From contig QEXX01000004.1 in NCBI GenBank assembly GCA_003130835.1, positions 3,826 through 67,825 on the forward strand: a stretch of 64,000 nt of DNA. Direction: 5' to 3'. The notes beneath the pieces are model-generated. The model was not told the DNA's origin. It saw nothing but the letters and a program-made list of their open reading frames with translations, and ran no database searches. This document shows, piece after piece, positions 35,848 through 45,465 of this stretch. How positions within the stretch are numbered: position 1 is the first letter of the stretch; every line of letters starts with the position of its first letter. The position numbers and the translations under genes were made by a program. Source of the DNA: Anaerolineae bacterium (GTDB lineage Bacteria; Chloroflexota; Anaerolineae; Anaerolineales; UBA4823).

Positions 35848-37017
35848 ATGGCGGAGAGTTTTCTGTTTCCCTTTACCGAAGAACATGAAATGATTCGTCA
35901 GACGGCGCGCGATTTTGCCCAGAAAGAAATCGCTCCCATCGCTGCGGCGTTCGACGAGAGCGGTGAATTTCCCAGCGAGACAATTCGCAAAATGGGGGAA
36001 TTGGGATTCATGGGGATCGAAGTGCCGGAGGAGTATGGGGGAGCGGGGATGGATACTTTGGCATACGTGCTGGCTTTGGAAGAGATTTGTAAGGTAGATG
36101 CAGCGCACGGCACGATCATGTCGGTCAATAATTCGTTGTTTTGCTATGGCATTCTCAAGTACGGCACCGAGGAACAAAAACAAAAGTTTGTTAAGCCAGT
36201 TGCTTCGGGCAAGGCAATTGGGGCGTATGCCCTAACCGAGCCGATGTCCGGCTCGGATGCCGGCAATATGCGCACCCGTGCCGTGCGGCAAGGGGATGTG
36301 TATCTCCTAAACGGACGAAAGTCTTGGGTCACCAGCGGTCCGGTGGCGGATTATGTGGTGGTCTTTGCCCTGACCGATCCAGAGAAGAAACACCGCGGCA
36401 TTACTGCGTTTTTGGTCGATGCAAAATCGCCTGGCTTTGTGCGCGGCAAAAAAGAGCCCAAGTTGGGTATTCGTGCTTCAGCCACTAGCGAGTTAAGCTT
36501 TGAAGATTGCCCTGTTGCGGCTGAAAATCGTTTGGGGGAGGAAGGGGAAGGATTTAAAATCGCGATGGCTGTTCTGGATGCCGGTCGCATTGGAATTGCA
36601 GCTCAAGCGCTTGGCATTGCGGAGGCAGCCTATCAAGCCAGCTTGCAATATGCAACGGAGCGGGAAGCCTTTGGACAAAAGATCGGCATGTTTCAAGGAA
36701 TCTCGTTCAAGTTGGCGGATATGAAAACACGCATTGAGGCAGCGCGCCTGTTAACCTACAACGCAGCCTTGGCTAAGGAGCGCGCCAAGAGCACCGGGGA
36801 ACGTTTTACTTTACAGGCTTCGATGGCAAAGTTGTTTTCTTCTGAAACGGCTATGTTTGTCACCCATGCAGCCGTCCAAATCCATGGCGGTATGGGCTAT
36901 AGTCGTGAACTGCCCATCGAACGTTATTTTCGAGATGCGAAAATCACCGAAATCTATGAAGGCACCAGTGAGATTCAGCGCTTGGTCATTTCCCGTTTGG
37001 AGAGCGGCTTGCATTAG
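35848..37017 (+). CDS. acyl-CoA dehydrogenase (short/butyryl-CoA dehydrogenase-like)
   Basis: YALTEPMSGSDAGNMRT, QIHGGMGYSRELPIERYFRDAKITEIYEGTSEIQRLVI. CAGGAGG SD. Confidence 0.9.
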   Translation: MAESFLFPFTEEHEMIRQTARDFAQKEIAPIAAAFDESGEFPSETIRKMGELGFMGIEVPEEYGGAGMDTLAYVLALEEICKVDAAHGTIMSVNNSLFCYGILKYGTEEQKQKFVKPVASGKAIGAYALTEPMSGSDAGNMRTRAVRQGDVYLLNGRKSWVTSGPVADYVVVFALTDPEKKHRGITAFLVDAKSPGFVRGKKEPKLGIRASATSELSFEDCPVAAENRLGEEGEGFKIAMAVLDAGRIGIAAQALGIAEAAYQASLQYATEREAFGQKIGMFQGISFKLADMKTRIEAARLLTYNAALAKERAKSTGERFTLQASMAKLFSSETAMFVTHAAVQIHGGMGYSRELPIERYFRDAKITEIYEGTSEIQRLVISRLESGLH

Positions 37018-37032
37018 TCTAACGTTGAGGTA

Positions 37033-40000
37033 GTGTTTGTCACATCTTCTTTAGCGAATATGAACATTGACGAGCCGTCGAACCTACTCCTAATTCTTGC
37101 TTTTGCCCTCGTGCTAGCCATCCTAGGTGATCTTTGGATGATGAGGGTTTTGGAAAAACGTTGGGCATCCAAGGGAAAGATGGATCCCGAAGCAGTATTT
37201 CTCTTCGGGAGGTATTCACTATTACTAACGTGGCTAAAAAAACGGTTAGGGAAACAAAAGGAGAATCAGGCTCTTATCGTTGCGGAGAGCCACGAATTCA
37301 TTGGAAAGCCTGAATATCCAGAAGGTAAGGCAAGAGTGGCAACAGGGCTAAAAACATCTTGGATCAGAGGCTACCAATGGATAGAGCGTCAGGGCGATTG
37401 GTTGCAAATCGTTCTCTCGTTGGTTTTGGTCACATCGTATTGCAGTGGCATTCTCGATTTGGGGACAAATCGCCAACTGCCGGGAAATGAAAGCGAGCTG
37501 TTTCAATCGATCGTCATCGTGTTCTTGAATAGCCTGAAAGATTTCCAACGCATCCCTTTGTGGAATCCTTATGTCCATACTGGCCTGCCTTATATCGCTG
37601 ACCCGATGCTGCATATATATAATCCGTTGGTGACGATCCCAGCACTTCTTTTAGGCGTTTTGGATGGATACAAAGTCGCTTTATGCCTCAGTTTTATTCT
37701 AGCTTCGCTTGGGATGTGGAAACTCGGTCGCGTGCTGGGATTCGGTAAACTGCCCAGCCTATGGCTTGGGCTGATGGTTGCGTTTGGCGGGCAGCCGGTG
37801 GCGCGTTTCTTTCAGGGGGAATATTTATTTGTCTTCGGATTTGCTTTTCTTCCATGGATTTTGGTGAACTTACAATTGTTGGTCGACGAAAGAAAGCTAA
37901 AATGGGTTGGCTATTCTGCTCTTTCCATCGGGTTGCTTTATTTTTGTGGAAATGCATATTACCCGTTTCTCATGGTGTTTGTTATTTTGATCTTTTGCGT
38001 TGTGATGATCTTATCGGTTCAGCGCAAAAAGCCGTACATTCGGTTTGATCAGTCATTAATTCTTTTGTTCGTTTTGTCGGGATTGCTCAGCATTGGGTTG
38101 ATTGCAATTCATCTGTTTCCGGCAATCCAGTTTTATCCACGGCTCGTTAAAGGGAATGATGTGCAGGGCTCCCATACGTTATGGCAAATTTGGCTCGATT
38201 ACACCTCCAAAGACCCTGTCCGACCGGATGCCTATCAAGCGTTGCCAGCTTCGGAAGAGTTCTATGCCTATATTGGAAAACTCCCTTTCTTGGGGTTGAT
38301 TTTGCTACCCCTGGCTGTTTGGAGGCGGAATCGTCGCAATTTACTATTTTGGGTGCTAGTGCTTTTGTTCGTCTATGCTTGGGTGGCTGTTGATCAAATG
38401 CCGTGGAAAGAGATCTACTACCAAACCAATTGGCTGAGTCAGTTTCGGCATGTATTGCGCCCATTGATTATTGGAAGTATGGCAATCCTCATCCTAGCTG
38501 CTTATGGTATGGATACGGCGTGGAAAGGGTTAATCGATCATCAACAAAAGGAGCGACATACAGGGTTGGAAATCCTCGGACACTTCATAAGGAATCTCCT
38601 ACTCTTTTTGTTATTCGCTTTAATGATCTTAGGGGTTTGGGATGTTTTTCGTACCAATCGGCAATATATTCACACGCAGGAAGAAGATTCTACAGCCTCT
38701 GTCGTCACTGGTTGGTTGAGAGAGTATGATCCATCTGTTTATTATGTTCGTAGGAATCCGACCAATAGCTGGTATAGCGCGCTGATCGCTGCCAGATTAC
38801 GTGCCGTCAATATGTGGTACCCGTTTGAAGACGCCCGTCATCTGGATGGGAAAATAAATTCGCGTGTTATAAAGGCAAAGCCGCATTACGTGATTCAGCC
38901 GGTAAACGACCCTCCTCCTACAGAGTGGCGGAGTGAGCTGGTTCAGGAGATGGCCGGTCATCGAATTTACCGGGTTAAAGAAAGCTTGCCTATAGCTTTT
39001 AAGGTGAAATGGGAACAGCTTCAAAATTCAAGTGAGGAACTTAAAGCTGCTGAGGTAAATGCCTTAACGCCATTTTTCAACGGTAACGAACAGATCGAAA
39101 TTATCGCCGAAGCAGAAGAACAGGAAGTTCTCGTCGTACTCGTCACGCATTATCCTGGATGGCAATTGACCATCGACGAAAAGCCAGCCAAGCTAGAGAA
39201 TGTTGAAGGGTATTTGGCAGCCATCATGTTGCCGGGAACCCATAAATATCGCTTTGTCTTCCGGCCCTTGCCATTTTACCTCGGAAGTGTGATCACTTTT
39301 ATTGCATTTGCCGTTTCCCTTTACTTAATTCGGGAAGACATCGTCGCTCTCAAGAACCGCTTACGGGATTGGATTGTCCTAGTCTGGAATTGGGTTCGGC
39401 GATTGCGCGGTCTCCGCTTGCGAGGAATTCAAAGCCAAAGGGTGATCTTACCGGCGGTTTATCAAGACGGTGCTTTTCGGTTAACGGAGCGCACGAATCT
39501 AAACGAGAATACTTCTGTATTGGTGTTTGTGGTTTCGGAGACAAAAAAGCAAACACCGTTTGATATGGCTTGGCGGTTTTGGCGCATGGCAAGTCTTCTT
39601 TTGGTTGAAGAATCGCTTAAGGCGTTGTCTCTCACTGGCCTGCTATTTGCCTTGACTCTTGGTGTTTATTTTGCCAGCCGCCTAATAGGATTGACGGATT
39701 TTCCCATCTACTTTTTTACGGACGAGGCGATCCAAACGGTCTCTGCGGTAGAATTGGTTAGAAATGGATTTTATGGACCCGAAAAAGTCTTCTTACCGAC
39801 CTATTTTCCTAATGGTTCCTATTGGAATCTGAGCTTAAGTGTTTACGTCCAAGTGCTTCCTTACCTTCTATTTGGCAAATCGGTATTTGTGACGCGCTTT
39901 ACCTCGCTGATGTTCTCTGGCTTAATAGTCTTGGTTTTAATCTACGCCTTGCGAAAGACCATCGCTCAGCGGGCTTGGTGGAGCTTGCTCTTATTCCTTG

Positions 40001-41634
40001 CTGTCACTCCGACTTGGTTTTTGCATTCGCGAACGGCTTTTGAGACAGTTCTGTTCAGCGGATTCTATGCAGCCTTTTTAGGGGCGTACCTTCTTTACAT
40101 AAAACACTCGCCGCGCTACCTTTATCTGGCAATCCTGATGGCAGCTTTAGCGTTCTATGCATATAGCCCAGGCCAGGTGATCATCGCGGTAAGTGCTATG
40201 GTTCTTTTTGCCGTTGATTTCCGTTACCACTGGCAAAACCGCGCTTTCTTGGGAAAGGGTTTGTTGTTAGTACTTCTTTTGGCAATCCCCTATGTGCGTT
40301 TTTTGTCTTATCATCACGAAGCGCCATTTCAGCACTTGCGCAATCTTGATTCATACTGGTTCTACGATCTTCCATTAACGGAGAAGATTTTCCGCTATTT
40401 GAAGGAATATCTGATGGGATTAAATCCCTATTACTGGTTTATCCCCCATTCGATTGACCTAAATCGCCATACGATGAAGGGCTATGGGCATCTTGGATTT
40501 TGGAATTTACCTTTTATTGCTTTGGGCTTGCTCTACGTCCTGCGGCGGTGGCGAGAAGCGCCTTATCGGCTATGCCTAATCGCTTGGTTGGCAGTGCCTT
40601 GCGGCGCAGCTCTGGTTGGGGTTGGGATCACCCGTTTGTTGGCAATGGTAATTCCGATGGCCATTTTTGCTACGTTGGGTTGGGAGTGGATTCTATCTGC
40701 AATCCCGCAAGCGCGCTGGCAGAGAACAGCTCAACTCCTCCTCTTTGTTGTTTTGAGTGGGGTTGTTTTCTCAATGACAAGAGATAGTTTGCGCAACAGC
40801 CCAACCTGGTACGAAGATTATGGACTCTATGGAATGCAGTATGGGGCGCGGCAACTTTTTGAGCAGAAAATCCCAACCTATTTGCAAAGGGATTCTCAAA
40901 CACAACTCTTTGTATCCTCTTTATGGGCAAATGGCACAGATGTCTTTGTGCGCTATTTCTTGACCCCACAACAGGCACAACGGGTTCGTTTGGGCTCCAT
41001 TGATACCTATCTAGCGCGAAAGCAACCGTTAGATGAATGGACAATGTTTATTTTGACCGCCGAAGAGCTGCGTGCAGCGCTAGCAAGCCCTAAAATGCGT
41101 TTTATAGGAATAGAGGACGAAATTCCTTATCCAAACGGAAAGGTCGGTTTCTATGTTGTTCGCTTAGCCTACATGGAAAATGTAGATGAAATCTTTGCTC
41201 GAGAATATCAACTGCGCAGGCAGTTGGTGGAGGCCTTTATTGTGGTAGAGGGCATTTCTGCAAAGGTGAAGTATTCTCAAATCGATGATGGGGAGCTTGG
41301 CAACCTTTTTGACCAGAAAGCGCACACCTTAATGCGCGGACGCGAGGCAAACCCCTTTGTTTTGGAGTTTGAATTTATCCAACCACAATCCCTGAAGGGA
41401 TTACAAGCTCAGTTTGGATCCATGGATTTTGAGTTGGTCCTCTATCTATATCCCGATGGACAAACCCAACCCATTGTACTGCGCCAGGACTATCGGGGAT
41501 TACCACCCGACCCTTCCATTGAGTTCTTGTTTCCAGAGATCAACGTTCTGAGCAAACTAAGGCTCGAAATACGCGACCTTAATCAGGGTGAATTTGCAAA
41601 CATTCACATTCGCGAGTTGAGATTTTTAAAGTAG
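37033..41634 (+). CDS. giant polytopic membrane protein: YfhO-like GT-C module fused to an ArnT/PMT-like GT-C module with a C-terminal beta-sandwich-like soluble domain
   Basis: Module 1 (about aa 1-800) has IPLWNPYVHTGLPYIADP and the C-terminal YPGWQLTIDEKPAKLENVEGYLAAIMLPGTHKYRFVFRP, both YfhO hallmarks. Module 2 (from about aa 845) has a first-loop FFTDEAIQ acidic motif (D897-E898), many TM helices and a C-terminal soluble domain of about 200 aa. The start (GTG at 37033 or ATG at 37060) is uncertain. Confidence 0.7.
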   Translation: MFVTSSLANMNIDEPSNLLLILAFALVLAILGDLWMMRVLEKRWASKGKMDPEAVFLFGRYSLLLTWLKKRLGKQKENQALIVAESHEFIGKPEYPEGKARVATGLKTSWIRGYQWIERQGDWLQIVLSLVLVTSYCSGILDLGTNRQLPGNESELFQSIVIVFLNSLKDFQRIPLWNPYVHTGLPYIADPMLHIYNPLVTIPALLLGVLDGYKVALCLSFILASLGMWKLGRVLGFGKLPSLWLGLMVAFGGQPVARFFQGEYLFVFGFAFLPWILVNLQLLVDERKLKWVGYSALSIGLLYFCGNAYYPFLMVFVILIFCVVMILSVQRKKPYIRFDQSLILLFVLSGLLSIGLIAIHLFPAIQFYPRLVKGNDVQGSHTLWQIWLDYTSKDPVRPDAYQALPASEEFYAYIGKLPFLGLILLPLAVWRRNRRNLLFWVLVLLFVYAWVAVDQMPWKEIYYQTNWLSQFRHVLRPLIIGSMAILILAAYGMDTAWKGLIDHQQKERHTGLEILGHFIRNLLLFLLFALMILGVWDVFRTNRQYIHTQEEDSTASVVTGWLREYDPSVYYVRRNPTNSWYSALIAARLRAVNMWYPFEDARHLDGKINSRVIKAKPHYVIQPVNDPPPTEWRSELVQEMAGHRIYRVKESLPIAFKVKWEQLQNSSEELKAAEVNALTPFFNGNEQIEIIAEAEEQEVLVVLVTHYPGWQLTIDEKPAKLENVEGYLAAIMLPGTHKYRFVFRPLPFYLGSVITFIAFAVSLYLIREDIVALKNRLRDWIVLVWNWVRRLRGLRLRGIQSQRVILPAVYQDGAFRLTERTNLNENTSVLVFVVSETKKQTPFDMAWRFWRMASLLLVEESLKALSLTGLLFALTLGVYFASRLIGLTDFPIYFFTDEAIQTVSAVELVRNGFYGPEKVFLPTYFPNGSYWNLSLSVYVQVLPYLLFGKSVFVTRFTSLMFSGLIVLVLIYALRKTIAQRAWWSLLLFLAVTPTWFLHSRTAFETVLFSGFYAAFLGAYLLYIKHSPRYLYLAILMAALAFYAYSPGQVIIAVSAMVLFAVDFRYHWQNRAFLGKGLLLVLLLAIPYVRFLSYHHEAPFQHLRNLDSYWFYDLPLTEKIFRYLKEYLMGLNPYYWFIPHSIDLNRHTMKGYGHLGFWNLPFIALGLLYVLRRWREAPYRLCLIAWLAVPCGAALVGVGITRLLAMVIPMAIFATLGWEWILSAIPQARWQRTAQLLLFVVLSGVVFSMTRDSLRNSPTWYEDYGLYGMQYGARQLFEQKIPTYLQRDSQTQLFVSSLWANGTDVFVRYFLTPQQAQRVRLGSIDTYLARKQPLDEWTMFILTAEELRAALASPKMRFIGIEDEIPYPNGKVGFYVVRLAYMENVDEIFAREYQLRRQLVEAFIVVEGISAKVKYSQIDDGELGNLFDQKAHTLMRGREANPFVLEFEFIQPQSLKGLQAQFGSMDFELVLYLYPDGQTQPIVLRQDYRGLPPDPSIEFLFPEINVLSKLRLEIRDLNQGEFANIHIRELRFLK

Positions 41635-41648
41635 AAGGAGGATCTTTT

Positions 41649-42686
41649 GTGAAGGCAGTCTTTTTTCAACAGCATGGTGGGTTAGACGTGCTTCAGTATG
41701 GCGAGTACCCTACTCCTAAACCGGCAACAGGGGAGGTATTGGTACGTGTAAAAGCGGCAGCCTTGAACCGAGTTGATTTGTGGGTGCGCAATGGATGGCC
41801 GGGCTTGAAACTTTCTTTGCCTCATATCCCTGGCGCCGACGGGGCAGGGATAATTGAAGCCCTAGGGGAGGGGGTAAGCTCGGTCAGCGAAGGGACACCC
41901 GTGGTGATTAACCCCAATATTGGGTGTGGCAGATGCGCAGAATGCCTGGCTGGTCAGGATAACCGTTGCCGCAATTGGCATCTATTGGGTGAGACAATCA
42001 GCGGAACATACGCCGAGTATGTGGTTGTGCCGGAAAGGAATGTCTTGCCGTTGCCGCAATCCTTTTCTATGGTCGAGGCGGCTGCAGCAGCTTTAGTTTT
42101 CCAAACCGCCTGGCATTCGCTGATCACGCGCGGTCAACTGAAGGCTGGGGAAAGTGTGCTAATTGTCGGTGCCTCGGGTGGTGTAAATACTGCATCCATT
42201 CAAATTGCAAAATTGGCTGGCGCAACGGTTTATGTGGTTGGCTCTTGTCTAGAAAAGCTGACCTTGGCGAAGTCGCTTGGGGCGGATTATGTTATCGACC
42301 GGTCTCAGGAAGAAAACTGGGCGAAAGTGGTCTATCAGTTAACCGATCGGCAAGGGGTTGATATTGTCGTTGACAACGTTGGCACAACCTTTCCTATGAG
42401 CTTCCGCGCAGCGCGAAAAGGCGGTAGGATTCTCACCGTTGGAAATACCGGCGGTCCCATCTTTGAGATCGATAACCGCTTTATTTTTGGGAAGCATCTG
42501 AGCGTAATCGGATCTACGATGAGCAACCAGCAAGACTTTCGGACGGTTATGAGTCTAGTTTTTGAGGGGAAATTGAAAGCGGTGGTTGACCGCGTCTATC
42601 CTCTTCAGGATGCCCGAGCTGCCCAAGAGCGCCTGGAGATAGGTAAACAAAACGGTAAAATTGTTCTGGAAATCGGTGAACTTTGA
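41649..42686 (+). CDS. medium-chain dehydrogenase/reductase (zinc-ADH superfamily, quinone-oxidoreductase/enoyl-reductase-like)
   Basis: Structural-Zn motif CGRCAECLAGQDNRC and cofactor motif VGASGGVNT. The canonical GHE catalytic-Zn position reads GAD. GTG start with a GAAGGAGG SD. Confidence 0.8.
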   Translation: MKAVFFQQHGGLDVLQYGEYPTPKPATGEVLVRVKAAALNRVDLWVRNGWPGLKLSLPHIPGADGAGIIEALGEGVSSVSEGTPVVINPNIGCGRCAECLAGQDNRCRNWHLLGETISGTYAEYVVVPERNVLPLPQSFSMVEAAAAALVFQTAWHSLITRGQLKAGESVLIVGASGGVNTASIQIAKLAGATVYVVGSCLEKLTLAKSLGADYVIDRSQEENWAKVVYQLTDRQGVDIVVDNVGTTFPMSFRAARKGGRILTVGNTGGPIFEIDNRFIFGKHLSVIGSTMSNQQDFRTVMSLVFEGKLKAVVDRVYPLQDARAAQERLEIGKQNGKIVLEIGEL

Positions 42687-43087
42687 AACCCCCTGTTTTC
42701 GTAACCATTGTTTTTATTGGTGTGTTAATTACAGGGACGACTCATCTGATCGGTGTGATTGAAGTTTTCCGACAATGGGCAACCCTGCAAGAATTCATAG
42801 GCAACCTACTGTATTATGTCTTGTTTTCGAATCTTGCCTTAAGTTTGGTTGCGATGGGCGTTTTGATCGCAATTTGGGTTCGATTACACCAGGCGAAGTG
42901 GTTGATTTTGGGTTATTTTTCCCTGTTTCTGTTGTTTTACTGGCTCGATCGTTTGGTGTTTTTTCAAGATGACAAGTTCATCCGCTTTCCATTTGCGGTC
43001 GCCTTTCAAATCGTGATGGCATCAGTTTTATGGTTGGGATTAAGGTGTAAGTCTGTGAGACTTTATTTTGGAGAGATCCATGGTTGA
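42683..43087 (+). CDS. hypothetical four-TM membrane protein
   Basis: 134-aa hydrophobic ORF overlapping both neighbours (4 nt and 8 nt). No family recognised. Confidence 0.45.
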   Translation: MKPPVFVTIVFIGVLITGTTHLIGVIEVFRQWATLQEFIGNLLYYVLFSNLALSLVAMGVLIAIWVRLHQAKWLILGYFSLFLLFYWLDRLVFFQDDKFIRFPFAVAFQIVMASVLWLGLRCKSVRLYFGEIHG

Positions 43088-44642
43088 AGAAGAAAACATC
43101 AATCCAAAGATTCTAAAATTGCGAGAATTGCGTGCCCAAAGTTGTTTGGGGGGTGGGGAAGAGCGAATACGCGCCCAACATGAACGTGGCAAACTAACCG
43201 CCCGAGAGCGAATTGATTTATTATTGGACAAAGGTACGTTCCGTGAAGTGGATGCATTTGTCGTTCATCGCACCTATGATTTTGATCTGGATAAGCAGCG
43301 GTATTTGGGCGATAGCGTGGTCACTGGTTGGGGGATGATCGAAGGGCGGCTGGTGTACGTCTTTTCACAGGATTTCACGGTTTTTGGTGGAAGTCTAGGG
43401 GAAGTTCATGCTGAAAAAGTCTGCAAGATCATGGATATGGCGATGAAGAACGGCGCTCCAGTGATCGGCTTGAACGACTCTGGCGGGGCGCGCATTCAAG
43501 AGGGGGTGGTCTCCTTGGGTGGTTATGCTGACATTTTCTTGCGGAATACGTTGGCTTCGGGTGTCATTCCGCAGATCAGCGTAATTATGGGGCCTTGCGC
43601 AGGTGGAGCCGTGTATTCTCCTGCGCTAACCGACTTTATCTTAATGGTGCGCAATTCGTCTTATATGTTTATCACCGGTCCCGAAGTGGTCAAAGCCGTC
43701 ACGCATGAGGATGTGACGTTTGAGGAATTGGGTGGCGCAGCGGTACACTCGGAGATTTCTGGGGTGTGTCACCTGGCAGCCGATAGTGAAGCCGACGCTT
43801 TATACCTGGTGCGCAAGTTGCTTAGCTATATCCCGCAAAACAACATGGAGGATCCACCCTTTGTACCTACGGCAGATGATCCCGTACGGATGGAAGAAGC
43901 TCTTGATGACATCATACCCGATGACCCCCAAAAGCCTTATGACATGCGCGACATCATCCGGTTAATCGTAGATGAAGGCATCTTATTTGAAATTCAAGAG
44001 GCTTACGCTCCAAACATCGTGATTGGTTTTGCCCGTCTAGGAGGGCATAGTGTGGGAGTAGTTGCCAATCAACCGGCGGTTCTGGCAGGGGTGTTGGATA
44101 TCAAGTCCTCCGAAAAAGCAGCTCGATTTGTGCGTTTTTGCGATGCCTTTAATATCCCGTTGGTGACCTTTGTGGATGTGCCCGGCTTCCTCCCCGGCCT
44201 CAGCCAAGAACACGGGGGGATTATTCGAGCTGGCGCCAAATTGCTCTATGCCTATTGCGAGGCAACAGTGCCGAAACTAACGGTTGTGACCCGTAAGGCT
44301 TATGGCGGAGCCTATGACGTGATGAGCAGCAAGCACATCCGCGGTGATGTCAATCTTGCTTGGCCAACAGCCGAGATCGCAGTCATGGGCCCAGAAGGGG
44401 CGGTTAATATCATCTTTCGTAAGGAGCTTGCCAAGGCAGAAGACCCGCACAAACGGCGCGAAGAACTTGTTGCGGAGTATCGCGAGAAATTTGCTAACCC
44501 CTATATCGCTGCCGCGAGAGGTTATATTGATGATGTCATTGAACCTCACGAGACGCGTCCTCGATTGATTAACGCTTTGGAAATGCTCGCTAATAAGCGG
44601 GATAGCAATCCGCCCAAAAAGCATGGTTGTATCCCGCTGTGA
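43080..44642 (+). CDS. acyl-CoA carboxylase carboxyltransferase subunit (propionyl-CoA carboxylase beta / methylmalonyl-CoA carboxyltransferase 12S-like)
   Basis: [60 protein letters not shown], and C-terminal [13 protein letters not shown] chose the ATG at 43080 because it has a GGAGAG SD. Confidence 0.9.
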   Translation: MVEEENINPKILKLRELRAQSCLGGGEERIRAQHERGKLTARERIDLLLDKGTFREVDAFVVHRTYDFDLDKQRYLGDSVVTGWGMIEGRLVYVFSQDFTVFGGSLGEVHAEKVCKIMDMAMKNGAPVIGLNDSGGARIQEGVVSLGGYADIFLRNTLASGVIPQISVIMGPCAGGAVYSPALTDFILMVRNSSYMFITGPEVVKAVTHEDVTFEELGGAAVHSEISGVCHLAADSEADALYLVRKLLSYIPQNNMEDPPFVPTADDPVRMEEALDDIIPDDPQKPYDMRDIIRLIVDEGILFEIQEAYAPNIVIGFARLGGHSVGVVANQPAVLAGVLDIKSSEKAARFVRFCDAFNIPLVTFVDVPGFLPGLSQEHGGIIRAGAKLLYAYCEATVPKLTVVTRKAYGGAYDVMSSKHIRGDVNLAWPTAEIAVMGPEGAVNIIFRKELAKAEDPHKRREELVAEYREKFANPYIAAARGYIDDVIEPHETRPRLINALEMLANKRDSNPPKKHGCIPL

Positions 44643-44691
44643 GGCGATAAATTGGGTTGTGATGCATTGATTAAGTATAGGCAAAGGATGG

Positions 44692-45465
44692 ATGACTTTT
44701 CAAGCTAGGTTTGTCGAAATCAATAGCCACTCCCTGTATTGTGAATATTTTAGTGGCGGTAATTTACCCCTATTGATTTTGTTGCATCACGGTTTGGGTA
44801 GCTCAGAAGCTTGGCGAGCTCAGTTTGAATGCTTGCGCGATGGCGGGTTTTCAGTGCTTGCTTATGATCGCTGGGGGTATGGACGCTCTGACGATCGCGG
44901 TCGTTTAGACCCGCCATATTTTGAAGAAGATGTGCGCGATCTTGAAACCCTTTTGTCAAAAGAAACGAAACCAAGGATTTTGATTGGCCATTCCGATGGG
45001 GCAAATGTTGCGCTTACCTATGCAAGTCGTCATCCAGAGCATTTACTTGGGGCGGTTGTAGTAGCCCCGCATATCTATTTTGAACCCAAGATGGCAGAAG
45101 GCATTCAAGGCTTATGGCGAGCCTATCAGGAAAATCAGGCGTTCCAAAAAGGGTTACAGCGCGTGCATGGCGGGAAGGCCGTCTTTGAGCGCTGGTTTCA
45201 AAGTTGGACTCAACTTGGCGCGGATTGGGATATGCGACAAACACTCTCGACCATCCAATGTCCAGTGCTGGTCATACAAGGCAGCGAGGATGAGCACGCT
45301 ACAGTGCAACATGCCAAAGATTGCGCAGCCGCATTGCCAAATGGTCAGGTTCAGATTGTCGAGGGAGCCGATCACATGCTTCCCCAAAAATCAAGCGAAA
45401 TTTTTAATCAACTCTTGCTCCAATCTATTGGTGAATTTCAGAGGATGAGTCAACATGTTCAATAA
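44692..45465 (+). CDS. alpha/beta hydrolase fold protein
   Basis: HHGLGS oxyanion region, nucleophile elbow GHSDGA, and late acid/His residues (GSEDEH, GADHML). Embedded between the carboxyltransferase and biotin carboxylase genes. Confidence 0.8.
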   Translation: MTFQARFVEINSHSLYCEYFSGGNLPLLILLHHGLGSSEAWRAQFECLRDGGFSVLAYDRWGYGRSDDRGRLDPPYFEEDVRDLETLLSKETKPRILIGHSDGANVALTYASRHPEHLLGAVVVAPHIYFEPKMAEGIQGLWRAYQENQAFQKGLQRVHGGKAVFERWFQSWTQLGADWDMRQTLSTIQCPVLVIQGSEDEHATVQHAKDCAAALPNGQVQIVEGADHMLPQKSSEIFNQLLLQSIGEFQRMSQHVQ

